A stretch of 64,000 bases of DNA from an uncultured Armatimonadetes bacterium (lineage in GTDB: Bacteria; Armatimonadota; UBA5829; DTJY01), in NCBI GenBank assembly GCA_963717145.1, contig OY970325.1, positions 4,960,001 to 5,024,000 on the forward strand. Reading direction: 5' to 3'. Of this stretch, positions 48,039-61,927 are shown in pieces (position 1 is the first letter of the stretch; the number at the start of each line of letters is the position of its first letter). The translations under genes were made by a program, and so were the position numbers. Below the pieces are notes generated by a model. The model had not been told where the DNA came from and did not search any database. It saw nothing but the letters and a program-made list of their open reading frames with translations.

Positions 48039-49349
48039 ATGTTCAACAAGCATCTCATTCTCATATCGGCGCTGGCAATCCTGAGCGCGTCAGGGTTCGC
48101 CGATACTACCGGGCCGCTCGATCTGCAGGAGGTCTGCAGGATGGCGGCTCAGACGAATCCTGCCTTGGCAGGCGCCCGTGCGAATGTGGAGCTGTCCGCT
48201 GCAGCCGCTAAGAAGGCGCGCGGAGTGATGCGGCCGTCGGTGTCGGTCAGCAGCGGGTACCAGTACGTGAGCAAGGAGACGGTGTTCGGCAGCACGCCGA
48301 TTCTCGAGCAGAACACCGTCGTCAACAGGGTCGAACTCATGCAGCCGATCTTCACCGGTGGGGCACAGCAAGCAGCAGCCCGCTCCGCCGAACAGGGATT
48401 GTATGCCGCCAGGAGTAACCAGTCGGTGGTCAAGAGTCAGGTCGTGACGGGCGCCGCCGCGGCCTACTTCCGGGCAAAGCAGGCCAGGGAAGCGATCAAG
48501 GTGGCGGAGAGCAGCATCAAGTACCTGGAGTCGAGCTACGATGCCGCCCGAAAGATGCACGTCGAAGGTGTCGTGACCAATTCGGATGTGCTTCGCTCGG
48601 AGGTAGCGCTTACAACGGCGAAAGACCGGCTGATCCGGTCGCAGAATGACTACGCCACGGCCCTCGCCGCGCTCAAAACGGCCATCGGGCTGCCGCAATC
48701 GGCAGCGATAGAACTCAGTACCGACTCGCCCGACGCGGCGCTTCGAGGCATCGACGCTCTCCCCGCTCGTCGCCGGCCGGAGGTCGAAGCAGCGGAGTAC
48801 TCAGTGAAGGCGGTGGGTGAGCAACTGCGAGCTGCTCGGGCGGCAAGACAGCCGCAAGTGGGGCTGGTGGCCGACTTCCAGAACCAACCCACGGGCGCGG
48901 AGTTCCCCCGTCTTTCGAACACTTTCGGAATAGGTGTCGTGGCGAGAATCAATATCCTGGACGGCGGTCAGATCAAGGCGGGCGAACACGAGGCGCAGGC
49001 CTCGGTAGACCGAGCCAGGGCCGATCTGATGAGCGTGACTCAGTCAACCGAGTTCCAACTCGAGTCGGCGAGACTCACGGCAAACTCCGCCAGAGAAAGA
49101 GTGAACGCGTTGGCCACACAGGTCAAGTCAGCCGAGGACAGCCTCCGCGTCGTCCAGGCCGGGTACACGGAAGGCATCAACGTGATGACCGACGTTCTGT
49201 CCGTCGAATCCATGGTTACGGCGGCCAAGGTCTCCGTGCTCGCCGCGGAGTACGACCTCAAGATCGCCGAATTGAACCTGCTCCTCGCGTTGGGGCAGAC
49301 CGACATCCTGAATCGAGTTCAGGATGACAGAATAGGAGGAATATTATGA
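48039..49349 (+). CDS. TolC-family outer membrane protein
   Basis: Signal peptide, helical repeats, QPIFTGG and RRPE motifs. Operon context. Confidence 0.85.
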   Translation: MFNKHLILISALAILSASGFADTTGPLDLQEVCRMAAQTNPALAGARANVELSAAAAKKARGVMRPSVSVSSGYQYVSKETVFGSTPILEQNTVVNRVELMQPIFTGGAQQAAARSAEQGLYAARSNQSVVKSQVVTGAAAAYFRAKQAREAIKVAESSIKYLESSYDAARKMHVEGVVTNSDVLRSEVALTTAKDRLIRSQNDYATALAALKTAIGLPQSAAIELSTDSPDAALRGIDALPARRRPEVEAAEYSVKAVGEQLRAARAARQPQVGLVADFQNQPTGAEFPRLSNTFGIGVVARINILDGGQIKAGEHEAQASVDRARADLMSVTQSTEFQLESARLTANSARERVNALATQVKSAEDSLRVVQAGYTEGINVMTDVLSVESMVTAAKVSVLAAEYDLKIAELNLLLALGQTDILNRVQDDRIGGIL

Positions 49350-49537
49350 CTATCAACCGCATGCTGAGGCTTATCGCCGGTTCGTTCATCATACTGAGCG
49401 TTGCGCTCGCCTACTTCGTGAACATGAAGTGGCTCTTCTTCACCGCATTTGTCGGGGTCAACCTGGTGCAGTCCGCCTTCACTGACTGGTGCCCCATGAT
49501 CACCTTACTCCGCAAGCTTGGCGCGCGGGAAGGATAG
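49346..49537 (+). CDS. DUF2892 (YgaP-like) membrane protein
   Basis: 63 aa, two transmembrane segments, FVG.NL.QSAFT.WCPM motif. Confidence 0.85.
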   Translation: MTINRMLRLIAGSFIILSVALAYFVNMKWLFFTAFVGVNLVQSAFTDWCPMITLLRKLGAREG

Positions 49538-49550
49538 GATTGGAGGTCCG

Positions 49551-50995
49551 ATGATGGGCAAGAGACAGAAGACTATCGGAATCGCCTTGGCGGTTGTCGC
49601 ATGCCTGGTCGCGGTACTGTGGATGATGACGCGCAGGGGTGGGGGCGTGGAGAACGCGTCTGAGAGCACTGAGCGACCTGTGAAAGTGGCGGCCATCGTG
49701 GTCACGTCGCGTCCGATCGCCGACGAGGCATCGGCTTCCGGGACGATCAGGCCTCTCCAGGATGCGCAGTTGGCGGCCAAGATCATGAGCACCGTGACCG
49801 AGGTCTACGTCAAGGAAGGCGACCACGTCCGCAAGGGGCAGGTGCTCGTCCGCCTGGAAGCGAGAGACCTCTCGACTCAGGTGTCATCCGCGAGTGCCGC
49901 AGTCAACTCGGCGCAGTCGATGAGCAGGAAGGCTCAGGCCGCGATCGAGCTTCAGGCTGCTCAGACCAGCGCGAGCATAGCCAGCGCTCAGGCTACCTTG
50001 GAGATGGCCCGCCAGCAGTTGTCATCTGCCAAGGAGGGCCCGCGCAAACAGGAGAAGACCCAGGCCGACCTCGCCGTCGTACAGGCGGAAGCGCAGTACA
50101 ATCACGCGCAGACCGAGCTTGGGCGCATGACCAGGCTCTATGAGCAGGACGTGATCCCCAAGCAGCGGCTCGATTCGACACAGACGCAGTTCGAGGTCGC
50201 GAAGGCCCAACTCGGAATAGCGAGACAGCAGGCGGAGATGTCCCGGGAAGGTGGACGCAGCCAGGATGTGCAGGCCGCGCAGGAGCGGGTCAGACAGGCG
50301 GAGGAGGCTCTGCGTCTGGCGAAGGCTTCTGCGGTGCAGAACAAAATGGCGAAGCGCGACGCTCAGGCATCCGCCGCCATGGTCTCCCAGGCGCGGGCAG
50401 GTGAGTCCGCGGCCAGAGTGCAACTGGGTTACGCCACGATCGTTGCCCCGTTCTCAGGAGTCGTCGCCGCTCGATTTGTGGACAAAGGAGATATGGTCTC
50501 GCCCAGCGTTCCCGTGATGATGATCGAGGATGATTCTCTGTACAGACTGGAAGCGACCGTGGCCGCCAGGGACATCGGTGTGGTATTCAAAGGCATGACC
50601 GTCGGCCTGGAGTTGGGGACCGCCAAGCGACTCGGCCGGGGCCGGGTCAGCGTCCTGTCGCCATCCGGTGATCCTGCCTCCCGCAAGTTCCTGGTGAAGG
50701 TCGATATCCCCGATTCGATGCCGGCACTGACGGGTGACTTCGGCCGAATGTCGTTCGCGAGGGGCCATACGCAGGGGGTCGTGTGCCTCAGACCGCAGTC
50801 CACGATGAGGGCGGCATCCTGAACGTCTATGTCGTCGGTCCGAACAATCGCGCCGACATGCGGATAGTGCGCACAGGTCGAACCACAAGCGAGGGTGTCG
50901 AGGTGATCACGGGCCTCAAGTCGGGCGACAGAGTCATCGTCGCCGCCTCTTCCTCGCTGCACGATGATGCTCCCGTTGAGATCATGGGGAGGTAG
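49551..50995 (+). CDS. RND efflux membrane fusion protein, frameshift near 50780
   Basis: VKEGDHV.KGQ.L and I.APFSGVV motifs. The C-terminus (P..AV...GLKSGDRVI) is in another frame. Confidence 0.85.
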
Positions 50996-51001
50996 GCTGT
51001 A

Positions 51002-54220
<3,219 letters not shown>

Positions 54221-54232
54221 CCCCGATGAAGA

Positions 54233-54268
54233 AGTGAGGGCCGGCGACTGCCGGCCCTCACTCTCTTT
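54233..54268 (+). terminator. intrinsic terminator of the RND operon
   Basis: agtgagggccggc-gact-gccggccctcact followed by ctcttt. Confidence 0.75.
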
Positions 54269-54371
54269 CAGGCTCGTGCGGTGTGCCTCAACCTGATGGC
54301 ATCGGCGAGCACCCCACGGTCTGTCTTTATCATGCGGGGGCGCTTAGCGTAGCTCCCCCGACTTCAGTCGG

Positions 54372-57300
54372 TTAGTCACCATTGATCTGCTGGAACCTGG
54401 CGCCGTCAGCGACAACGATCTTACCGGTCGCTCCCGTGCCGTTGCCGAGCTTCAGGTAGCCGGCAGTCCCAATGGCGAAGTGCTTGTTACCAAGCAGCAG
54501 TCTCCAAGCTCCACCGTTTATCGACTGATTCCAGTTCACGAGCTGTGAACCGCCGTCCCAATAGACAGTGAACTTCGAGTTGGTCGCCCTGTTGGATCCC
54601 TGCGCATACCAGATGTAGGTATCGTAGTATCCGGCATAAGCGATCGTCGGCCGCCATACCGCCGTCTTGCCCTCGGTCACGGCAGTACTGGCGTACTTGT
54701 AGTTAGTCAGGTACTTATCCGTGCCTGACGTAGATGTCGTCCACACACCCGTGAAGGTAGCAGCCGGGTTGTCGATGATGATGTTTGCATACGCAGGAGT
54801 GGTGATCTGGAACGGAGCGCTAAGACCAGATGTATTTCCCGCCGCGTCGTAGGCATTTACCGTGAAGGTATATGTCGTACTCGGCGTGAGGAAACCACTC
54901 TCGCAGATCTCGTCCACTGATGTAGTCAGCCAGACACCGTTCTTGTACAGGTTGTACCCGGTGACTGCGACGTTATCCGTGGAAGGATTCCAGTTCAGAC
55001 TGACCCTTCTCGGCCCAACGACATGACCGGTAAGACCGGTCGGAACGCTGGGCGGTATGGGGTCAGTAGTTGAGGTCAACAGGAAGCGCATTGCATCAGC
55101 AACGACGATAAAGCCTGTCGCTCCTGTGCCATTATGCAGCTCGACCGAGTTTCCCGAACCCTGCAGCATGTGCGTGTTCGTGCGCAAGGTCACCCATGCT
55201 CCGCCGCCCGCCTGCTGGTTGATGTTGACGGTCTGCGTACCGCCACCCGTGCCAGTCCACGTGACGACATGCGGAGCGTTAGTCGCTCTGTTGGCTCCCT
55301 GAGTGTACCAGCAGTACACGGTGTACCAGCCGTTTACGTCAATCGGTGCAGTGAAGGTCGCCGAACCAGTTTCGGCAACAGCAGTGCTCCGGAAGACATA
55401 GTCGGCGCCGTACTTACCGGTCGTCGAGGTACCTGAGGTCCATGCGCCCACGTATGTGCCCGCAGGGTTGTCCATGATGATGTCCGTCACTGACGGAGTC
55501 GTGATGACCTTCGCCGTACTCTGCGCGGAGTTATTTGACCGCGCATCGTAGGCGCTCACGGTGTAGCTGTACGTGGTGTTACCCCAGCAGGTGAGGTCGG
55601 AGTAGCTGGTCGTGGCGCTGGTGCCGATCTGCACACCACCGCGGAAGACCTTGTATCCGGTCACACCGACGTAGTCCGTGGAAGCGGTCCACGTCAGGTT
55701 CACCTGGGTCCGCGAGATCGCAGTCCCGTTCAGGTTCGTTGGTACGGTCGGAGGAGTCACGTCCGTGGTGGTCGTGCCCTGTACGCCGGTGCACAGCGCG
55801 GACAGGTTGTGGTCTGCATCTTCGGCCTGCACCTGATAGGTGTAAGTAGTAGATGCGATCAGACCGGTATTCGAGAAGGAGTTCGTCGTCGTAACGGCGA
55901 TCTCCACGCCATCGCGAACAACCCTGTAGCCGGTTACGCCCACGTTATCGGTGGATGCGGTCCAACTCAGGTTGATCTGTGTCTCGGATATCGGTGTCGC
56001 GGCCAGACCGGTCGGTACGCTCGGAGGCGTGCCATCCAAGGTCCTGGCCTGTATAGGCCGGGCTCTTGGCCGACTCGTTATCCTCCGCGTCGTAAGCCGA
56101 CACCTCATAGGAGTACTCGGTGTACTCCGTCAGGCCGGTGTCTGAATACGACGTGACAGTGCTCGTGCCAACCTGTACGCTATTGCGGAAGATCTTGTAT
56201 CCGGTGACTTCGGTATCATCGGTCGAAGTCGTCCAGGCAAGATCGATCGCGGTGGTAGACACGGCGTTTGCCACAGTGATGGTCGGCACGGAAGGAGGCT
56301 CGATATCGGCGCCGGGCATCAGTATGTCGACAGCAACGCTCTTCGCCGATTCGTTTCCTACAGTGTCGTAGGCCGATACTTCGTACACGTACCTGGCTCT
56401 TGCTACACAGGTCATATCCGAGTAGGAGTTCGTCGCGCTGGTGCCGATCTGAACGCTGTCCCGGAAGACCTTGTAACCGGTGACTCCGACGTTGTCGGTC
56501 GAAGCCGTCCAGGTCAGGTTGGCCTGGGTCTCAGACGCGGCCGTCGCGGCCAGGTTGGTCGGAACGGTCGGCGCGGTCGTGTCGGTGTACGACAGCTTGA
56601 TCGCGTCGGCCATGATGCTCAGCGCGGTCTCGCCCGTACCGTTGTGGACCTTTATATTCCCTGCAGTACCGACAGCGAACGGATGCCTGCCGAGCAGGTT
56701 CCATCGGCCTCCGCCTGATGTCTGGTTGACATAGTAGGTCTGGGTGCCACCGTTGTATGAGACCACGTACGGCGCCGCCAGCGAGCGATTCGCGCCCTGC
56801 GGGTACCAGCATGAGAGGTCATAGGTACCACCGACGAGGATATTCGGTCTCCACGTCGCGGACTTGGTCTCAGTGGCTGCAGAGGTGCAGTAGGCGTAGT
56901 CTGCTCCATACTTATCAGTGGAGGCAGTACCCGTGGACCACGAACCAACATACGTGCATGCCGGGTTGTCGACGATGATGTCTGCAACCACGTCATTGCC
57001 GAGTGTTGTGAACGTGTAGTCAGTTGACTGCGCCAGATTCCCTGCGCCGTCTCTGCTCTTCACTCGGTAGTGATAGAGGGTGTTCGGCGAGAGGCTGACG
57101 AGCTGAACCTGATGGTTCAGTACGAGCTGCGAATCCTCGGTAGTCTGACTACCGTAGCCGGTCGTCAACCCGTACTCGACCTGGCTCTTCGCTCCCTCGT
57201 TCGTATCCCACTTCACCTGTGCATTCGATCCCCAGACATTCTGAGTACCGACATTCGAGATCACAGGCGCTGTGGAGTCCGTTCCGAGAACGATGTCCAG

Positions 57301-60300
57301 GTTCGCCACCTGACCGGCAACTATCGTTGCCTGTCCGCTGTTCTGGCTGTAACCAGGCGCGTTAACCGTGACTGTGTAGACGCCCGGAGCGAGGTCCACG
57401 AAGCCGTAGAAACCAGTTCCACTGTTCTTCGTAGTCGAGGTCTGGACGGCGACGGTCGCCGGATAGATCGCCACGCCGGCGCCGGTCTTCACGAAGCCCT
57501 TCAGCATGCCGAGGGTCGGGTTATCGATCCAGGACATGGGGGCAACGCTCTTCTCATACGAGAAGGGGCCGATTGCTGCTGCGTCGATCAACGCGTTCTT
57601 GAAAGCGGTCCTGTCAACGGTACCGCTGTTAGTGATCCTGTAGGTGTACAGCGACACACCCGGGAAGCCCAGGGCCTGCGCCGAAGCGATCTGCGTCATC
57701 GAGTTGCTGATCGTGTTCAGGTAAGAGCCCTGTGCCGGGTACATGTGCCGGCCGTACATCCTGCCGACGTTGTCCTGATTGTCGCCGTCGAAGGTGGAAT
57801 TGCTTGTCGTGTAGTTCATCGGACAAGCATAGTCCAGCCAGTGGTTCATCATCCACTGATCCCAGTTCTGGAACCAGCCGGAGTTACCGCTGCTGGCCGG
57901 GCTCCAAACGGCGGCGCCGATCTTGATCGATGGCTTGATAGCCTTGGCCTCGAGATAGATCCTCTTCACCATGTTGGTGACCTGATCTCTGCGCCAGTTC
58001 GCCCATCGGAGATCGCCGGACGAAGGACTCCCGGACGTACCGTACTCGGCATTGTACCGGGACACGGCCGTGGCGTTGTAGCCGTAGCTCGTGCTCGGGT
58101 AGCGGATGTAATCCAGACAGAAGCCGTCGATGGCGTAGTTCTGGATTATCTGCATGAAGACGTCCTTGTGGAAATTCTCGACCCCGGGATGTCCCGGATC
58201 GAGCCAGGTGTCGTCTGCATAGAATTGCGCACCCGTGTCGCTCAGCGAGAACCACTCCGGATGTACATTATAGACATGGTTCGGTGATGTGACCGCCGGA
58301 GCAGTCTGGCTGGTCCATATTCGGTTGACCACCACCCATGCGTGTACTTCCAGGTTGCGGGCATGTCCCTGAGTGACAAGGTCCGCGAGACAGTCATAGC
58401 CGCCCTGCGGTGTAATGTTAATACCGGTCGGCTCATATGTAGAGGTGTAGTATGCGTCACCACGCTTCCTGACTTCAGGGATAACCGCGTTGGCGTTGCA
58501 TGCCACGACGTAGTCCAGCATTGCCGCGGTGGCGGTGGCATTCTCGAATCCGGATCCCCACGAATCCACCCAGAATGCACGGAACTCGTCCTTGCCGGCC
58601 GTATTGGCAGGCGCACTCTGCGCGGACTCATTGCCGTCCGCATCGTAGGCGCTTACCGTGTAGGTGTAGTTGATGTTCGCAACGACAGTCGTGTCCGAAT
58701 ATGCCGTTCCAGCGCACGATGCCAGGTATACGGCATTGCGATAGACTTTGTACCCGGTGACTGCGACGTTGTCGCTCGAGGCCGACCAGGTCAGGTCAAC
58801 CTGCGTTGGAGCCACTGTTGTTGCCAACAGGTTAGTCGGAACGCTCGGTGCGATGGTATCGGGACCATTGTCGACCGAGATCGTTACGTAACGAACGGCA
58901 TCGGCGCTGACGATGAAGCCCGTCGCCCCTGTGCCATTGCCCAGTCTAACGTAACCGGCCGTACCTGCTGCGAAGATGTTCCCTGAACGCAGGAGGTTCC
59001 AATGTCCGCCGTTGCCCTGCTGGTTGGTGTTCACGACCACCGATCCACCATAGTAGTTGATGGTATACGGTGCGTTGGTAGCTCTGTTAGTTCCCTGAGT
59101 CCACCAGGCGTAGGCGTCATAAGTACCGCCGTACGCGAAGTTGGGCCTCCAGGTAACGGTCTTGCCCTCGGCCACCGCTGTACTGGCGAAGATGAAATCC
59201 GCGCCATACTTGTCGGTCGAGGCAGTTGCCGTAGTCCATACGCCGGAGATTTCGGCGGCTGGGTTGTCGATGATGTATTCGGCCGCAGGGGTCGTCGCCG
59301 AAGCAGGCGAACTCTGGGCTGAATTGTTACCCGCTGCATCATATGCGCTCACGGTGTAGCTGTAGTTTGTGCTCGGCGCACACGTCGTGTCGTTGTAACC
59401 GTCCGCATTGGGAGCGGTACCGATCTGGACGCCACCCCGGAAGATCTTGTATCCGGTGACTCCGACGTTGTCGCTTGACGACGTCCAGTCGAGGCTGATC
59501 CTGTTCGGTCCGCCTGCGATCGCGACCAGGCCTGTCGGCACGGTCGGCGCGGTGGTCTCACTCGGCACCAGTGCGAAGTTCCTGGTTGCCGTCTGGCCCG
59601 CTGTCACGGCGACGGATGCGCTCTGTGTGGCGTATCCGGCCTTGCTCGCGGTTACTGTGTAGGTCCCCGAACTCAGCCCGGTGAACGTGTACACTCCCGA
59701 GGCATTCGCGGTCGTGGAAGGTCCGCCGGAGACGGCTACTGCCGCCCACGGAAGGGCCTCACCACTGCCGGAACGGGTCACCGTGCCGCTGATGTTTCCG
59801 GTCGCCGCGGTGACGTTGATGTTCCATGTGATCTCGGGGCCGAACCAGGCCACGCCCTCCTGAACCAGACGGAACTTCTCCGCGTATGCGGCCGGACTAG
59901 CCGGCGCCTTCAGGATGAACGTGAAGCGTCCTACCTGACCCGTGGAGACGGCGCTCTGGTCGACTTCACTGGGTCGGTTGCAGCCGATCCAGTTTGGAGT
60001 GTTGCAGAATGCGCTCGACCGGTCGTTAGGGCTCGAAGTACCCAGCCTCGTGCCGGCATGGCCCCACGTACCCGTGCCCTGGTTCGTGAACTCGGCCCAC
60101 ACCACTGCGGTCGAGCCGGCCACCATGCTGGACGGATAAGACGCCGCATGGTAGGTGCTGTTCCACGTGGGAGGAGGAGGTGGTGGTGGCGGAGGAGGAG
60201 GAGGCGGAGTTCCCCCCGTCACAACTGCTATGAAGGCGGACCAGTTCCAGCCGCCGCCCGGATCCCAGTGAGTTCCGCCGCAGTGACAGTTGTTGGCATC

Positions 60301-61413
60301 ATTGTGGCCCAGGATTCCGGGAGCACAACCTCGATGCGCCTTGGGGATGCCCCAGCTGTTGCAGATGTCGCGGGTCAGCAGACCGGCCACATTGTACAGA
60401 CTCTGGGGGTGGCTGGACGATCCGGCATATCCCTCGTTCTCGATCCCGACGGAGCGCGAGTTGAGGCAGCCGACGTGCCATGCCCTGTACATCTCTCGTA
60501 CCATCTGCCAGCAACCGCCTGCTTCCGATGTGACATAGTGAGAGGTCACGCTGGAGTTGCAGTTCTTCATCCAGGAACGAGCGCCCGCAGCGGACCCCTC
60601 GATCGTGTGGATGACGACGGTGTCCTTCGAAGTGGAGACCGCAGTCCAGTTGCATGAGGGCGCAGGATCCCAGATCGCAGGCCCGTAGTCCGTGGACAGG
60701 ATCCCGCCAATCGCGTCCCTCAACGCCACGATCGCCTCAGACTTGGCCGCTGAGTCCTCCGGGGATACTTCCGCGCCTTTTGGCCACAGGTCGCCGATGT
60801 CTATCCCGCTGATGTCCTGCGGCGGGAAGTAGAACTTCTCCCCGTCGGTGTTGGTCTTCTCCAGACCTATGAGAAGTCTCTCGAAGATCTCAGCAGCGAA
60901 GAAGCGACTGTTCTCCTCGTCAAGGCCGGCGAACTTGATGACGGGTTCGACCCATCCCGCATAGCCCTGACTCGTGTCTACCTTCATCTGCTTCGCATAG
61001 GAAGCCAGCACCGCGGCGCACGCATTGATGTTTGCCTCGGGGTTGACCTTGAGATGAGCCATTGGAGTTGCGACTAGTGATGCCGCCTCGCCAAGTGAGT
61101 TGGCTCCCATGAAGTTGTTATCACGGAGCGCCATAACTCCGTAGCCGCCTTCGACGGTGGGAGCATCGCCGCGGTTTTCGAAGCCGCAGCCGAAGTTGGC
61201 GAGTGTGATGAGGAGAGGTAGAGGAACACCGTGTTTCTCTGCGGCTCTCTGGAGCATTGGCATGAGCGGAGCTGCCCATGGCCCGCCAGGCACTTTGGCA
61301 TGGAATACGGCATCGGGTTGCGACCCTTCGTCGCACAGGACCGGAGGCGCGTTTGCCGCCGCCAGCAGGGCGAATCCCACCAGCAGCGCGATCAGGATAC
61401 CTGATCTTCGCAC
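54372..61413 (-). CDS. giant (~2350 aa) secreted cell-wall hydrolase: lysozyme-like domain, Amidase_2, NBR1-Ig, FN3 and golvesin-like repeats, GHL10; one frameshift near 56055
   Basis: GTG 61413 follows aaaggag. Amidase_2 motifs IHTIEG, SHY, AWHVG, GIENEG, GH and DPG. GHL10 motifs EFRAFWV, LEVHAW, WLDPGHP, DG..LDYIRY and PMNY. The 578-aa ORF continues the FN3 pattern. Confidence 0.85.
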
Positions 61414-61800
61414 GTTTCGTTCTCCTTTCAGAGCACATACGGGTCGCCCATTCATGTGCTCATTCACGGAGAAGCGTTTCGGCAGCAGAGAAATCCGCTG
61501 TTCGAAGTCCCGCCGTTGTTACAAGCCCGGTTCGGTTCGTCAGGTGGCGTTACTTCCGCCGGAGGACAATGTCACCTCGTCTAACCTGACTGTTCGGAAA
61601 CGAGCCTGGAATGCGCATATGTGGGCAACCTTCTTGCTGGCTGGTGGCCGAGCCAAATCGGTAGCACATAATACAGATTGTCGAGAACTCCGGCCCTTAG
61701 AACTGATTCTAGGGCCTGGTCATATGGATCATTCCCCCCTCCATCACCCTGAGCGCTATACGCCCTGGGCAAAGAACTACGGTATCGAACTACAACAAGT

Positions 61801-61829
61801 ATTGTAGTCCTCCGTTACCGGTCCGTCAA
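61801..61829 (-). promoter_or_regulatory. sigma70-type promoter ~380 nt upstream of the giant hydrolase
   Basis: On the minus strand: TTGACG (61829-61824), 17 nt, TACAAT (61806-61801). Confidence 0.6.
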
Positions 61830-61927
61830 GTACTGTCTCAACTATTTTTCGGTTGCTCTGAAAAAATGTTAAGCCCGGTGAGTGTCGCGGAGTACCAAAG
61901 ATACAGTAACCAGCAGGTGACGCGATT

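Noticed and set aside
61500-61760. c-di-AMP (ydaO) or c-di-GMP riboswitch
   Set aside because: Only short partial resemblances (ggggga, ccgaa..gtcag). The conserved cores were not found in the right order.
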